Program-made: the position numbers and the translations under genes
The notes under the pieces: generated by a model
What the model saw: the letters and a program-made list of their open reading frames with translations, nothing else
Databases searched by the model: none
What the model was told of the DNA's origin: nothing
In this document: piece after piece, positions 41,216 through 53,426 of the stretch
How positions within the stretch are numbered: position 1 is the stretch's first letter
Layout: each line of letters opens with the position of its first letter
Source: Syncephalis fuscata S228
Taxonomy: Eukaryota; Fungi; Zoopagomycota
Reading direction: 5' to 3'
Assembly: GCA_025786725.1 (NCBI GenBank)
Contig: JAHLTZ010000042.1
Location: forward strand, 110,050 to 174,049
DNA: 64,000 nt

Positions 41216-44200
41216 TCACAAATTGGTCATAAACGCCATCATCGCATCTTCAGTCTCGTCTTTTGTATCGGTCGGTGGTATAAGGGTCGTCGGTTGCGTG
41301 GACCATTCTTGCAATAAATGCCCTAACAATATGAGACCAACACTGCATTGACCATATCCACCCCCACGACAGATAACTGCACCAGATAGAGGAATGAGCT
41401 CGCCGTTAACTTTGTCATTATTGCCCCCGCTACTCGATGCTGATTGATGCAAGGCAGCAGTTAAGAACGAGGATATGGCTTGAGCCGAGGCCAATGCATC
41501 AATTGATCTCCAATCAGTTCTTAATACTTTTGTCCAATCAGTCATTGGAAGTGGCAATTGAGGATTAGTAGGTGTGGTGGCCGTCATAGGTGACTTTAAA
41601 TCAACCCATTCTTTAACGTCAACTAAACGTAATTCTGCATTGGGTTCAAGTATAATATCCAAGCCATATTTAGCTCTAATCAATTGTATTCATTAATTTG
41701 TATTCTATAAATGGCCATTGTATACCTACTCGGAATGATACACGCGAATACTATTAACATCACGTGTATAGATTTGTGCAGTTGGACAGCTGACATGGAT
41801 GACATCAAGTATCGATAGCATACGACTTGATAACTGTATTGTGTGGATGGTTAATAAACGACTATATAAGCGATATTGATTATTACCTCAATAACACTAC
41901 GTAGATTGTTGTATCGGCTTAAATGTCGTTCTAATAATGATAAAGTAGGCCATGAAGACCCATCACTAACCGATAGTCGATAGTCCCCTCGTTGTTTTGA
42001 TAACGTGTTTTGTTGAAGCATTTGCCAATCAATCGTCAATTCGACTGTAGATGTTGTGTTGTATAACTAGTAATATAAAGTTAGTTCGCATCAGCCTTTA
42101 TAATAACAAATTAATAAAATACCTTTTGTATTTTTAATACAAGTTGGGTAAAATCAAATCGAACTATTTCAACACCGTACAACTGTCTCCATGCGGTAGA
42201 TGCCACTATCGTATACATGAAATAATTAGTTCTGTTTAATATACTGTATTCATCTTACATTGTCGTGCCAAATGACTCATATGTAGTGTACGTTGCCAAC
42301 TCGATAAGAATTCATCAATACACGTTGTAACATTTCGACACACAATAGTTAATGTCTTATTTTGAACAAATATGGATGCTATTGTTATAACCACGTTAAT
42401 AGCCATACAAATACAACTAAACCATTGTTATACTTGCCTTGATGTGACGCTCTACTCCAGCTAAACCAAGGCGTCCATTGAATATCACTTTGGAAATAGA
42501 CCTATTTAACAGCGTTAATATTATTAAAACCCCTTTAATGAATAGCTCACATTGTACATCTGTTTACTGGCCATAGTAATCGTGGTTGAATTAATATCTG
42601 TATCGCTATTGGATACAGTTGCCACAATAACACGGATGTCACCAAAGGCACCACTAGCATATTGGCTATCTTGTATTTTCAAATCTTCTGATCTTATTAG
42701 TAAACAGGCCGCACTAGATGGACCATTATTAAGCTGTCCCAAGACCGTAGACAAGTCCGGCGTGGGTGACCAACGATATCTAATATTTAGTTGTGCTAAT
42801 TGCTGTTCTATTTTCAGATATAGCACACGTATTCTGTGCAATGATTCAAGTTAATGAATAGTCCTATTATTAACTATGCTTACTTACTGGCAATAGGCAA
42901 CCATTCGAGCAAATGTCGTAAATGTAATCAATGGACTAAATGGTGTAAATTATAGTATAAATAAATAGTTAAATAGTTAAATAGTATAATCAATCATTAA
43001 TATATTACTCACTTTCGATGCCATTTATTTTGTATAGCCTCTACATCATTTCTGTCTTCTTCACCCTCATTGTTTATATGTTTCGTCTCTTGTAGTCGAT
43101 TCAAGTGAATGGTTGTCATATAGGATAGAGAACGTATACAATGCTCATCTTCCGCCCTATTTGTTTTGTCAATAAATATATACTGTAATCCAATTACCTC
43201 CTGCTACATACCCAACTGTAATAAGCCATAAATGTAAACGGCCATACTTTACACCCGATACAATATAGGCATCAGGTAATCTGGGCAAACGAAAGAATGT
43301 AATACAGCCAAGTCCATCACCAAATCGATGCCAATCTATATAGTATAAATAATATATGGTTATTTCTATACTCTACATCTATCCGTATCCATTTACCTTG
43401 AGGACGTAAGAATAGCTGGCGTACTGGTAGCAGATCGAGTCGACGCGCCATTGATTCAAGATCAACAAGTAATAACTAATTAGATATAAATAAATTATAG
43501 TTGATTAATCTACAATAAACTATATTCTATTCATTAACTTACTTCTCGTCTGAATCGAAGTAATACATCAGCAATACAATTAGGATCCCGATTAACACTA
43601 TTTTCAATCTCTTTCAGCTTGGCTAAATAGAATAAATAATTAATATATATATTTATATTTATATTTATATTTATATTTATATAGACTACTTACCAAATAT
43701 CACATGTCCTACATCGCCTTGATGATCAAATAGTATACGACCTGTACGGATATCCACACCAACAGAGACAGCCCGATTAGATTGATACTGTACTGTAAAT
43801 GATACACTTGCAACTAATAATATACAAATAATCGATATAAATATGCATTTGTATTAATATTCCAATTCATACCTTGATCAGTAGTGTCATTACTCATTGG
43901 TATAGTAATATCGCTAACATCCTCATTAACAAAAGCATCTGGCTGTGTACTAGGTTGCAATAACCGTTCACGCAGACTAGTGACAATGTCCAGCGCATGT
44001 TGATTAACAATGGTTAATAGTAGCTTTTCTACATTAACCGCAGTTGAATCCTATATATATATACATATATATTATATATTATATATTATAAATTTAAAGG
44101 TTATTCATTATTAATTAAATACAAAACATTATAATTACCACAGTCAATTTATGTGTATCAACTTGTGTAGAACTACATTTAACTACAATATTTGTAGATA

Positions 44201-46581
44201 ATTGAGTATCTTTAAGTGGTCTCGATCGGCTTGATTGATCTTTAGACTCGGTGGTTTCCAGTGCAATATCAATAATATTAGGCATTGATTCGGATGCCAC
44301 ACGAGATACAGGTAGCGCTGTTAATGGTTCTATTTGATAATATATATATACATATATATATTAGTTAATGGTATCATTATTCATATAACACGTTTACTTA
44401 CGTTGATTATATGCACGAGCTGTAGTTGCTGGTGTTGATACCGTTGTAGCAATTTTACGACTATTGATTATAAATAATAATAAATTGTTATTACTATTTA
44501 GTACAAATTATTATTATTATTGTTATTATTTAATACCCACCACCAATAATTTAGTCGCAATACAGTATGAGAACCATCCATAGTACATGTCATATGTTCT
44601 TCCCAACGAGTTCTTGATAGATATAATGCCTAGATAATAGAGTAATCAATTAAGTAATTAATTAATCAACCAATAGAATAGTTTATTAACAAACTTACTT
44701 GAGTAAACATAATTTCAAGTTGAGTCATTAATGCAAAATTATCTAATAGTCATTCATTATAAATATTATATATATTATATATATTATATATACATAATCT
44801 ACTTTTACTTACGCATAAATCCATATAATCGATAGAGTGGTGGCCGTGTCTGTTCTGTATCAGTTGTTGTCGATATTGTTGATGTCTTTGGCAATAATTG
44901 ATGTTGAGCATACGCCACTAAGTGTGTACCTTGATAGTCAACCAACTTCATTTGCACCTCTATTTAATGATTGTGTTATACATCAGTTCTCTAATCAACT
45001 AAACCCTTACCTCGACAACATGTTGGATCAGCTGTAACCAAACAACGTGCTTCCATTACTCGCCATGGTTTAGAAAGCTCAGCACCATCGAGGGTTAATG
45101 ATACCTATAATAAATAGCGTGGATTAATAAAATGGCTATGTAACTCACTATTCATATACTTACCTCAAATTCATCTTTTACTTTAAATTTCACGACACCC
45201 TCGCCTAATAAATGTATATTAATATGTTTATATATATATATTAAACTATATAAACTGTAGTTACCAATCACATAATGACGAAATGCAGGTGGTGGTCGTT
45301 CATCACAAAACAGTCGTGTACGCATTAAATCGTCAAGCCTCTCTGTAATCTTTGCCTTTTCCCGTATACTCATAGGTTTAGGTGGAATAGCCAATGACTA
45401 ATATATAGATATAGTAGTTTAGTATATCATTTATTATACTAATAGTATTACGTACTTTCATAACTGTAGGTAAACGACAATAACTACCACTACCTAATAC
45501 ATCTACAGCAGTAGGTAAATCATAATTACGTAATCTATTATTGATCAGTATTTTGATGGTATTCATATAGTCACTTACTTTGCTCGATTAAATGTCTGGT
45601 GAAGTACCCAAAGTGTATGAACTGCACCACCAAATTGATGGCTTTGTTGTCGCAATGACCCATAATATCCTATATAGTATATAATATAATTAATATAAAT
45701 AGATCATATAAAGCACCGCCTTAATAACATACCTGGCATCGTTGTATATCCTGAGTATTGGCTGTCCATTGAACTAATACTAATAAACGAATAAACGACT
45801 GACGGGTCTGTACAATATAATCAAGAAACTGCCGTTTTCTATCCGAATCTGACATGCCAGGCATACTACACGTAATTCCTCTTAGTATATCATTTCAAAT
45901 AGCTATATATATATATGTTACATACATTTCAACCAAATTCTGTAAATCTGTATAGGCTTTAACCGTCAAACGATCTATAAGCAATCGTAACGGTACCATT
46001 CCCTCATTAGAGCGTGGCAATTGCCAGTTAGATGTATTTGATGGATTGATTCATTGTAGTAGTTGCTGTATCCATAGATTGCTGTTGATTTTGATTATGC
46101 ACGAGAGTATTTGTAGAAGGAGGAGAAGATGAAGATGAAGAAGAACTTGTAGTATTTGTAGTTGTAATAGGTAACATTGTATGAGTAGTAGATGATAAAA
46201 CGTGTTGTTGTTGTTGTTGTTTACTCGATGTTGACGTTATTTCAGATGTTATCTGTTGTTGTTGTTGTGTTGTTCTGATAGCTGTTGTGATGTTTGCGAT
46301 AATGACTGTTCAGATATAGGCGATGCCATCATATGATTGGTTCCACTTATTGGCTGAGTGTTTGTAGTATTCATCGCGTTGGTAGAATATTGTTGTTGTT
46401 GTTGTTCTTGTTGTTCTACATAAGGCATATTGCCACTACCACTACCGCCACCACTATTGTTACTATGGCTATTACTAAGGATGCTATGGTTGTTATGATC
46501 GTTGACACTACCAATACCGTTAATATTGGCAGTTGGCGAAGGAGGTGAAGGACCCGGCAAACCACTGGCCATACTAATCAT
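41216..46581 (-). CDS. MED14: Mediator subunit 14 (Rgr1), many exons, Q/N/S-rich N-terminus
   Basis: 'MVPLRLLIDRLTVKAYTDLQNLVE', 'DRKRQFLDYIVQTRQSFIRLLVLVQW', 'RLRNYDLPTAVDVLGSGSYCRLP', 'VKFKVKDEFEV'. Confidence 0.85.
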
Positions 46582-46980
46582 AACCAGCTCTGTATCCAAT
46601 AAGCACTTGTCCGTGGCTCTTTTTAGCTACTTTACGCGTTATCTTCTGAGATCGCCCAATACAAACAAGAAAAGGTCAAATAAAGCTTAGATTGCTAATA
46701 GCAATAAAAACAACGCCACGATCATGGAATCCCAAAAAGATCAGCTAGTGGCTAGAAAAAGAAAATATGCCCGTAGAACGATCAAGCAACACACGAATAA
46801 ACAAATACTAAAGATACTATTTAAATCAAGGAAACCAATCTCTTCCAGAGGGGTAATGATGAGAAGTCGTAGTTGTAAGTGATAACGGTGGTGGTGGTGG
46901 TGAATATGAAATAAGAGAACTGTGTGTGTGTGTGGAGTGAATTAATATGAATAGTCTATTAAATTGGTTTTATTTTATTT

Positions 46981-49348
46981 TTATTCCATTGATAACCGGA
47001 TCGCTTCAATAATATCCTGTTCTTCTTGTAGTGATAATGCTGTTTCATCCATCCTAGATGCATATGAGTGTTGTTGGCTGCTATTACTGGTACTAGAAGT
47101 ATCAATGGTATCTATATCCTCGTAATAGAGATTATTTTCGTTATTCAATTCATTAGTTGAATTTAGAGTGTTGTTTTCTTCAAGAGATAGCATCATAGTG
47201 TAATTAAGTAGCTCTTCTTCAGTTAGATCGTCAAGACTATTGTATTTGTCTAGTAAAGCTTGTCGGAACTCTATCTCTCTACGTGTACTAGCCCTATACT
47301 GAGCCGTTTCTTCAATCTCCTCTTCAATTTCTTGTTTTACTGTTATTTCATATATTGTTAGTTTATACCATATTAGTTTAATGATTATAGTTACATTGAA
47401 GTCGATCAAGTATTGTGTCGTGTGCACCACCACGTCGTTTATTACGTGATATCTTTTTACGCTCTTTACCTATATTATATTGTTTATATTATTTATATTG
47501 TAAATTATTAAATAAAAAGATATTGACTATTCATTTCTACATTACCTAACGTATAAGCTGAATTGCCAATAGTCCATGATTTAACTTTAGAACCAAAAAC
47601 AGCAAGTAGTTCATTAGAACTAACTTGAAGTCTTGTCACTGGGACATGCGCTTCTTCATCTCGTCTATATATATATATATGTATATATATGTATATATAT
47701 ATAAATAAGTAATTAGATAACTACCCTATTATTAAATTGGCTTACCCTAAAAGAAATGTACAACGATATGTTCCTGATAATAGCTCCCATACAATAATTC
47801 GTCCATCGATACTATTAAATAGTGTTAGAATGGTTATATAATAATTATTTTATTACATTATATTTACCTGGATGATACCACTTTATCTATATCCATAGCC
47901 AATGAAGTAATTGGACCAGTATGAGCATCAATTTGCCTAAATAGATACCATAGAATATAGTGGTATTAGTTGCTACTATTACTACTACTATTATACTAGT
48001 TTTAAATCATCTTACCATAATAATGATCCATCGGTAACAGACCATAAGGCAACAGTTCCTGATGTATAGCCACAGACAATAATTGGTGTATGTTCTAGTG
48101 TAGCTACTGCTGTAATAGCACCATCTCGTTGATTACGTGTTATTTGATGCAGTAGCTTGCCTGTGACCAATTCTATAATAAATATAGTATCTTCTTGTAT
48201 AGCAATACACGTCGTTAAGGATTGTAATAGTAAATGGCTTGGTCCTTCACCCTCAAATAGTGATAGTCGATGAAGAGGGGAAATAATCGATTCTTCCAGG
48301 TTATTACTATCGAGTAACTGCCATATTAATAGATCGTCATTGGTCGCTGCAATCACCCAGTTACGTGTATCTAATTGAATCGATTGAATAGACTGTCCAC
48401 CTAATAACATTTAAATAGTAAATAACAATAATGTGTGTGTGTGTGTGTGTTTACGTGTAACTTACCATAGAGTGTATACAGACATTGGCCTGTTGATACT
48501 TCCCATAGTTTGACAAATCCATCATTACCACCACTGCCTAACCGGGTTGCTGTCCCTTTGGACCATGACATACAATTAACGGCGCCTTCATGCCGACTTT
48601 GGAAAATAACCTGACGAGGTTGGCGATTCTGGCGGGCTAATAGCTGTAGAATAATGGCACCGCCTTGATATCCCCAGGCAATGCGACCACTGCACAGCGT
48701 GTCAATAGGCAATATAGGTTGCAAAACACCAGCCTACCGTTCAAGACTCATACTACTAACAAAGGCGGCTGCTTCCGGACTTGCATACATATGCCGATGC
48801 TCTACTCGACCAGTGGTTGTATGACATATCACAGCCATGCCTATCTCTTTATTACCGGCCAACATATAAGCAGTCGACAAATCAATAAAAGTATGCGATA
48901 TACCATCAATACGTGGTCGAAATTCCACGTTGTATATTTTATCAAACTCCCATTGTCTAATTTAATAGTATTAAGCGTAAATAATTGCTGTTTAAAAGTA
49001 ATAGCTCTATCCACCTTATTCTATTAATTCTCTCGGTATACTCTTGTCGCCAGCTCTGAGGTTGTAGTCGGCTAGTATCAATGGAATATGTTACTTTGTG
49101 TTACTTTTACAATTGTACTTATTTACCGAAAGGGTAGGCGTCCCAGACCGTTGGCTAGTGCATCTCGCCAGGACCGATCGTCAGCAATCGCGTCATTCCA
49201 GCGTTTACAAACGCGCTGTGCTCTACGCTGTAAATAGACCGGCAGTGTTAGTCAGCTAATAGAGGCGTGCCTGGCCACTCATTACCAATGCCTCCGGTTC
49301 CAATAGCACAAATATACGAATCAGTAATTCACTAGGAAGTAACTTCAT
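46981..49348 (-). CDS. F-box/WD40 protein with C-terminal UIM-like motifs
   Basis: 'LLPSELLIRIFVLL..RVCKRWNDAIADDRSW' F-box; WD repeats 'SGGNDGFVKLWE'; 'EEELLNYTMMLSLEE' and 'DIIEAIRLSME' UIM-like. Confidence 0.8.
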
Positions 49349-50041
49349 TTTTGTTTAATTAATCGTAATAAGAACAGCAAAGAAATAGCTACAAGGACAA
49401 CAAAAGAGAAAAGAATAAGCGTGAGTCAGAATTATGTTGTGCTTCACAGTAGTTGCTTTATAAGATATGGTGGTACTAGTTTATTGTCACACCTCCAGTA
49501 CGAATAGGAAAATAGAATGAAATAGTATTGTGCACCATTTACACTATGTAAAGTATTTAGAAACAATTATATCACAGCGCAGCAACGAGAATCAGTTCCA
49601 ATGTTGGATTATTATAATTGGTTATTTCTGTTTAATGTTTATTAAGGCTTTTAATATACTAGATATAATACAATAACTCTAATGAAAGTATTGCTCTGAG
49701 CAATTAAAATATGATTTCAACATTATACGGATAAAATAAGTAAATAGGCATGATAGATATGCGGTATAAACAGTATTAGTAAAGTCGATATTGAATACAA
49801 TTCGTTATTCTTAAATAGAAACATGTTTATTGTGATAGGCTTGTATAGTTAGGCCCAACTAAATCCAGACCTGCTGGTAATGTAGTAATGTCATTAATTA
49901 GAATCTAAATAAATCAAATGTTGAGTGTGGTTTGATATGTGAATGATCTGAACGGCTGTTGTCAGGTAATCTTGCTTCTATATGGTATATATGTCTAATG
50001 TATACTGGACAAGCCGTCTAATTGGTCTATTCATTTTATCT

Positions 50042-51089
50042 TTATACTCTATCACCCACTATATATTTATAAATAAATATATGACATCTTATTAATACAT
50101 AGCCAGGTAATATACAGTGTTACTTACTTCCTAAAATAATATAGCCATTAAATATACATAGTGAATTACATTTAATTAGTATATAGTTATTTGACATGCA
50201 ATGCCACTTACTCCCTATTGATATCAGTATCAAATAAACGATGCATGTCGATTATATAATTAGTACAGGCTAATTAATATACAGTACACTTACACACTAT
50301 TAATATTAAATAAAAAATATTCATATCATATGGTTAGCGTGTGATTAAACAATATATAATACCACTTACTAGCTATTGATATTGTTAATACGTGTAAAAA
50401 TAGTATATATTTAGTAAATAAATCATTTTTATACAATATCACTTACGAGCTATTGCCATTAAATGAATGATATATATTGTATATTATATGGTTAGCTTAT
50501 AACTAATTGGAGTACAATACCACTTACGATCTATTTATATTGTTAAACAAGCATAGTACATGGTGTGTTAGTGTGTAGCCAGTTGGAAAACAGTGTCACT
50601 TACGATCTATTTATATTGTTAAACATATACGGTAGATAGTGTATGATTAATGAATATTCGGTTGATGTGCAGCTTTACTTACAGACTATTAATATTATTA
50701 AAACACACAGTACATGGTATACAATTAGGACATAAATGATTGATATATAATTTACTTACAAGCTATCAATATAGACAAACATGTACGGCAAATAATATAT
50801 AATTAGTGCATAGCCGATTGGTATGTAATGTCACTTACGTTTCACTAACATTATTAAATGTACACAATATATGGTGTGCGATTAGTAAGTGGATTATTGA
50901 TATATAGTTTACTTACTGTTAATTGACGGAGCTGGTTTATTCATTTAAATTAGTAAGTACAGTAATATTACATATTCACTATAATTTCTTCATACCTTGA
51001 ATTTCTTGAACTGGTCTAGCATCTATCGTAATGATATTGGCAGCAAAGGCAACGATAACGGTGCAGACGACGGCTATAGAAAGCTTCAT
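50042..51089 (-). CDS. Micro-exon gene encoding a small secreted peptide (13 exons: 94, 15, 6, nine of 3 nt, terminal); predicted MKLSIAVVCTVIVAFAANIITIDARPVQEIQAPSINMKPFYHPPMWRMGDRV
   Basis: ACCGCCATG start context, signal-peptide exon 50996-51089, then repeated YAG|exon|GTAAGT with exons at 50917-50931, 50839-50844, 50760-62, 50683-85, 50604-06, 50528-30, 50447-49, 50370-72, 50294-96, 50212-14 and 50128-30; all phase 1; joined frame is open. The terminal exon acceptor is least certain. Confidence 0.75.
50059..50916. repeat. Degenerate tandem array of about 11 units, ~75-84 bp period (intron plus micro-exon)
   Basis: Recurrent ACTTAC-NNN-CTA core on the + strand; the 29-mer cacttacgatctatttatattgttaaaca occurs at both 50521 and 50597. 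Confidence 0.85.
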
Positions 51090-51637
51090 GGCGGTATGGA
51101 CTTTTGAAACAGAAAATTGGCTTGCGTAACAGAAAGTAGATATCAAAATAAAAGTAGTAGCAGCACTAGTAATAGCGAAATAGTGGAGCAGTAGAATAAT
51201 GGCTATGTGGGCATAAAGTAAATTTTAATGGTGCTTAAATATATTCAGTAAAACTGGTGGCCATACCATCTTGAAACAAAACCTGTATCCCATAGCAAGA
51301 CTCTTGAAACACCGTCACAGAGGACTATGCAGGAGTTTTCAGTAACCTAACAAATTAATTACCCCTTTTTTTAACTAATTAAGCCTTTATTACTGTGTTT
51401 TGACTTGTATGCAAATTCATAGTGTATACCGTGTTTTAAATAATGCCTTTAAATTATACAAGTCAAGAATCATAAAACATACACAAGTGTAGTAGAGAAT
51501 CACTAAACTATTTGGCAGCTTTCAAGTGCATCGTATGTTTATTGATAGAAAATGAGCTACTTCATACTACGCTATAACTTCTAAAGCTAGTATATAGATG
51601 CAACTACTGTGGCATCCAAATAAAAATGCTACAGTAA

Positions 51638-52996
51638 TTAATATTCTTCATCGGGCTCTCCTCCGACACCTTCGAAGGCATCGTTATCTTTGCCTACTTC
51701 TTCGTAGTCTCGCTCGAGAGCGGCTAGATTCTCACGTGCTTCGCTAAACTCGCCTTCCTCCATACCTTCACCGACATACCAGTGAACAAAGGCGCGTTTC
51801 GAGTACATTAGATCAAAGTTGTGATCAAGACGTGACCAAGCCGCACTGATGGCCGTTGTATTCGACAACATACACACGGCACGTGGTACATCGGCCATAT
51901 CGCTACCTCGCACCATCGTTGGCTTTTGTTCATTAATACCAACTTTAAAGCCAGTTGGGCACCAGTCGACGAACTGAACCGTTGAAAGCTGCTTAATCTT
52001 GTCGATGGCATTGCTCACATCCTTCGTAGTAACGTCACCACGGTACAAAAGACAGCAAGACATATATTTGCCAGACTGCGGATCGGTAACGACCATTTGA
52101 CTGCCATTTTCGAAACACTCGTTGGTAATTTCTTGCACGGTGAATTGTCGATGATTTACATGACTTGCCGATATAATCGGTGCATAAGCGACCAATGGGA
52201 AATGAATACGGGGGAAAGGCACAAGGTTCGTTTGGAACTCGTTAAGATCAACATTAAGCGAGCCGCTAAACCGTAGTGATGCCGTAATGGAGGAAACCAC
52301 CTGGGCAATCAGACAATTAAGATTCTTGTACTGTGGCAAATCGATTCCAAGGCGGCGTTTACAAATATTGTAGATGGCTTGGTTGTCGACCATAAATGTA
52401 CAGTCCGAGTGCTCAAGTGTTGTATGGGTCGTAAGAATTGAATTATACGGCTCAACAACAGCAGTCGACATTTCCGGAGCTGGATAGACGGCAAATTCAA
52501 ACTTGCACTTTTTGCCGTAATCCATACTAAGCCGCTCCATTAGTAAAGCGCCTAGACCAGAGCCGGTACCACCGCCAAACGAGTGAAACATGAAAAAGCC
52601 TTGAAGACCGTCGCAGTTATCGGCAAGTTTACGGAGACGGTCGTTAACGGCACCGGAAAGCTCTTTGCCAATTGTGTAGTGCCCACGGGCGTAGTTGTTT
52701 GCCGCATCTTCCTTGCCGGAAATTAACTGTTCGGGATGGAATAGTTGGCGGTATTCGCCCGTACGGATTTCATCAATGACGGCCGGTTCCAAGTCTACAA
52801 AGATTGAACGAGGCACGTATTTGCCAGAGCCAGACTCTGAAAAAAACGTATCGAACGAGTTATCCGTGCCTGACTTGAGTCCGTCCGTAGCCTGGCCATC
52901 GGGACTGATATTGTGCTCCTGGCAGTATAACTCCCAGCAAGCATTACCAATTTGTATACCGGCTTGACCGACATGGATTGAAATACATTCACGCAT
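51638..52996 (-). CDS. Alpha-tubulin, divergent, intronless CDS
   Basis: [20 protein letters not shown], '[21 protein letters not shown]', ends in EEY. Confidence 0.97.
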   Translation of the reverse strand: MRECISIHVGQAGIQIGNACWELYCQEHNISPDGQATDGLKSGTDNSFDTFFSESGSGKYVPRSIFVDLEPAVIDEIRTGEYRQLFHPEQLISGKEDAANNYARGHYTIGKELSGAVNDRLRKLADNCDGLQGFFMFHSFGGGTGSGLGALLMERLSMDYGKKCKFEFAVYPAPEMSTAVVEPYNSILTTHTTLEHSDCTFMVDNQAIYNICKRRLGIDLPQYKNLNCLIAQVVSSITASLRFSGSLNVDLNEFQTNLVPFPRIHFPLVAYAPIISASHVNHRQFTVQEITNECFENGSQMVVTDPQSGKYMSCCLLYRGDVTTKDVSNAIDKIKQLSTVQFVDWCPTGFKVGINEQKPTMVRGSDMADVPRAVCMLSNTTAISAAWSRLDHNFDLMYSKRAFVHWYVGEGMEEGEFSEARENLAALERDYEEVGKDNDAFEGVGGEPDEEY

Positions 52997-53426
52997 ATTG
53001 AATTAAATCTAACTACGCAATTAATAAACCGTTTAACACCAACAGCTATACTTACCGAAAATCGTTTACTAATGTATATTAAGTAAAAACAAAGAATGAA
53101 CTAACGTAGTATTATTATTACTATTAGAGAAAAACAGAAGGAAATATAAAGCGCAATATATAGGTGGCGTGCAAGCAAAAATGCAGCGATACTTATGCAG
53201 CGCTAATAAACACGCGCTTTGGTCAAGTCGTCGGTTGGAAAGCGTGGATGATGTTTCATGGTAGTACATAATGCATCAAGTCAGTCACGCTGAATTGAAT
53301 CGCGGTTACCGCGTGGTATATACTACTGAGTGGATACGCGCACGTGTAACTCAAGTACAGATAGCTCCACCGTTCTTTTAATACACATGCTAGATAAAGT
53401 AGCAGATTACACGTTTATTTATAACA

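Noticed and set aside
50059-50916. CRISPR array or plain minisatellite
   Set aside because: Eukaryotic context, no cas genes, degenerate units; the conserved positions are exactly the splice donor, acceptor and branch motifs
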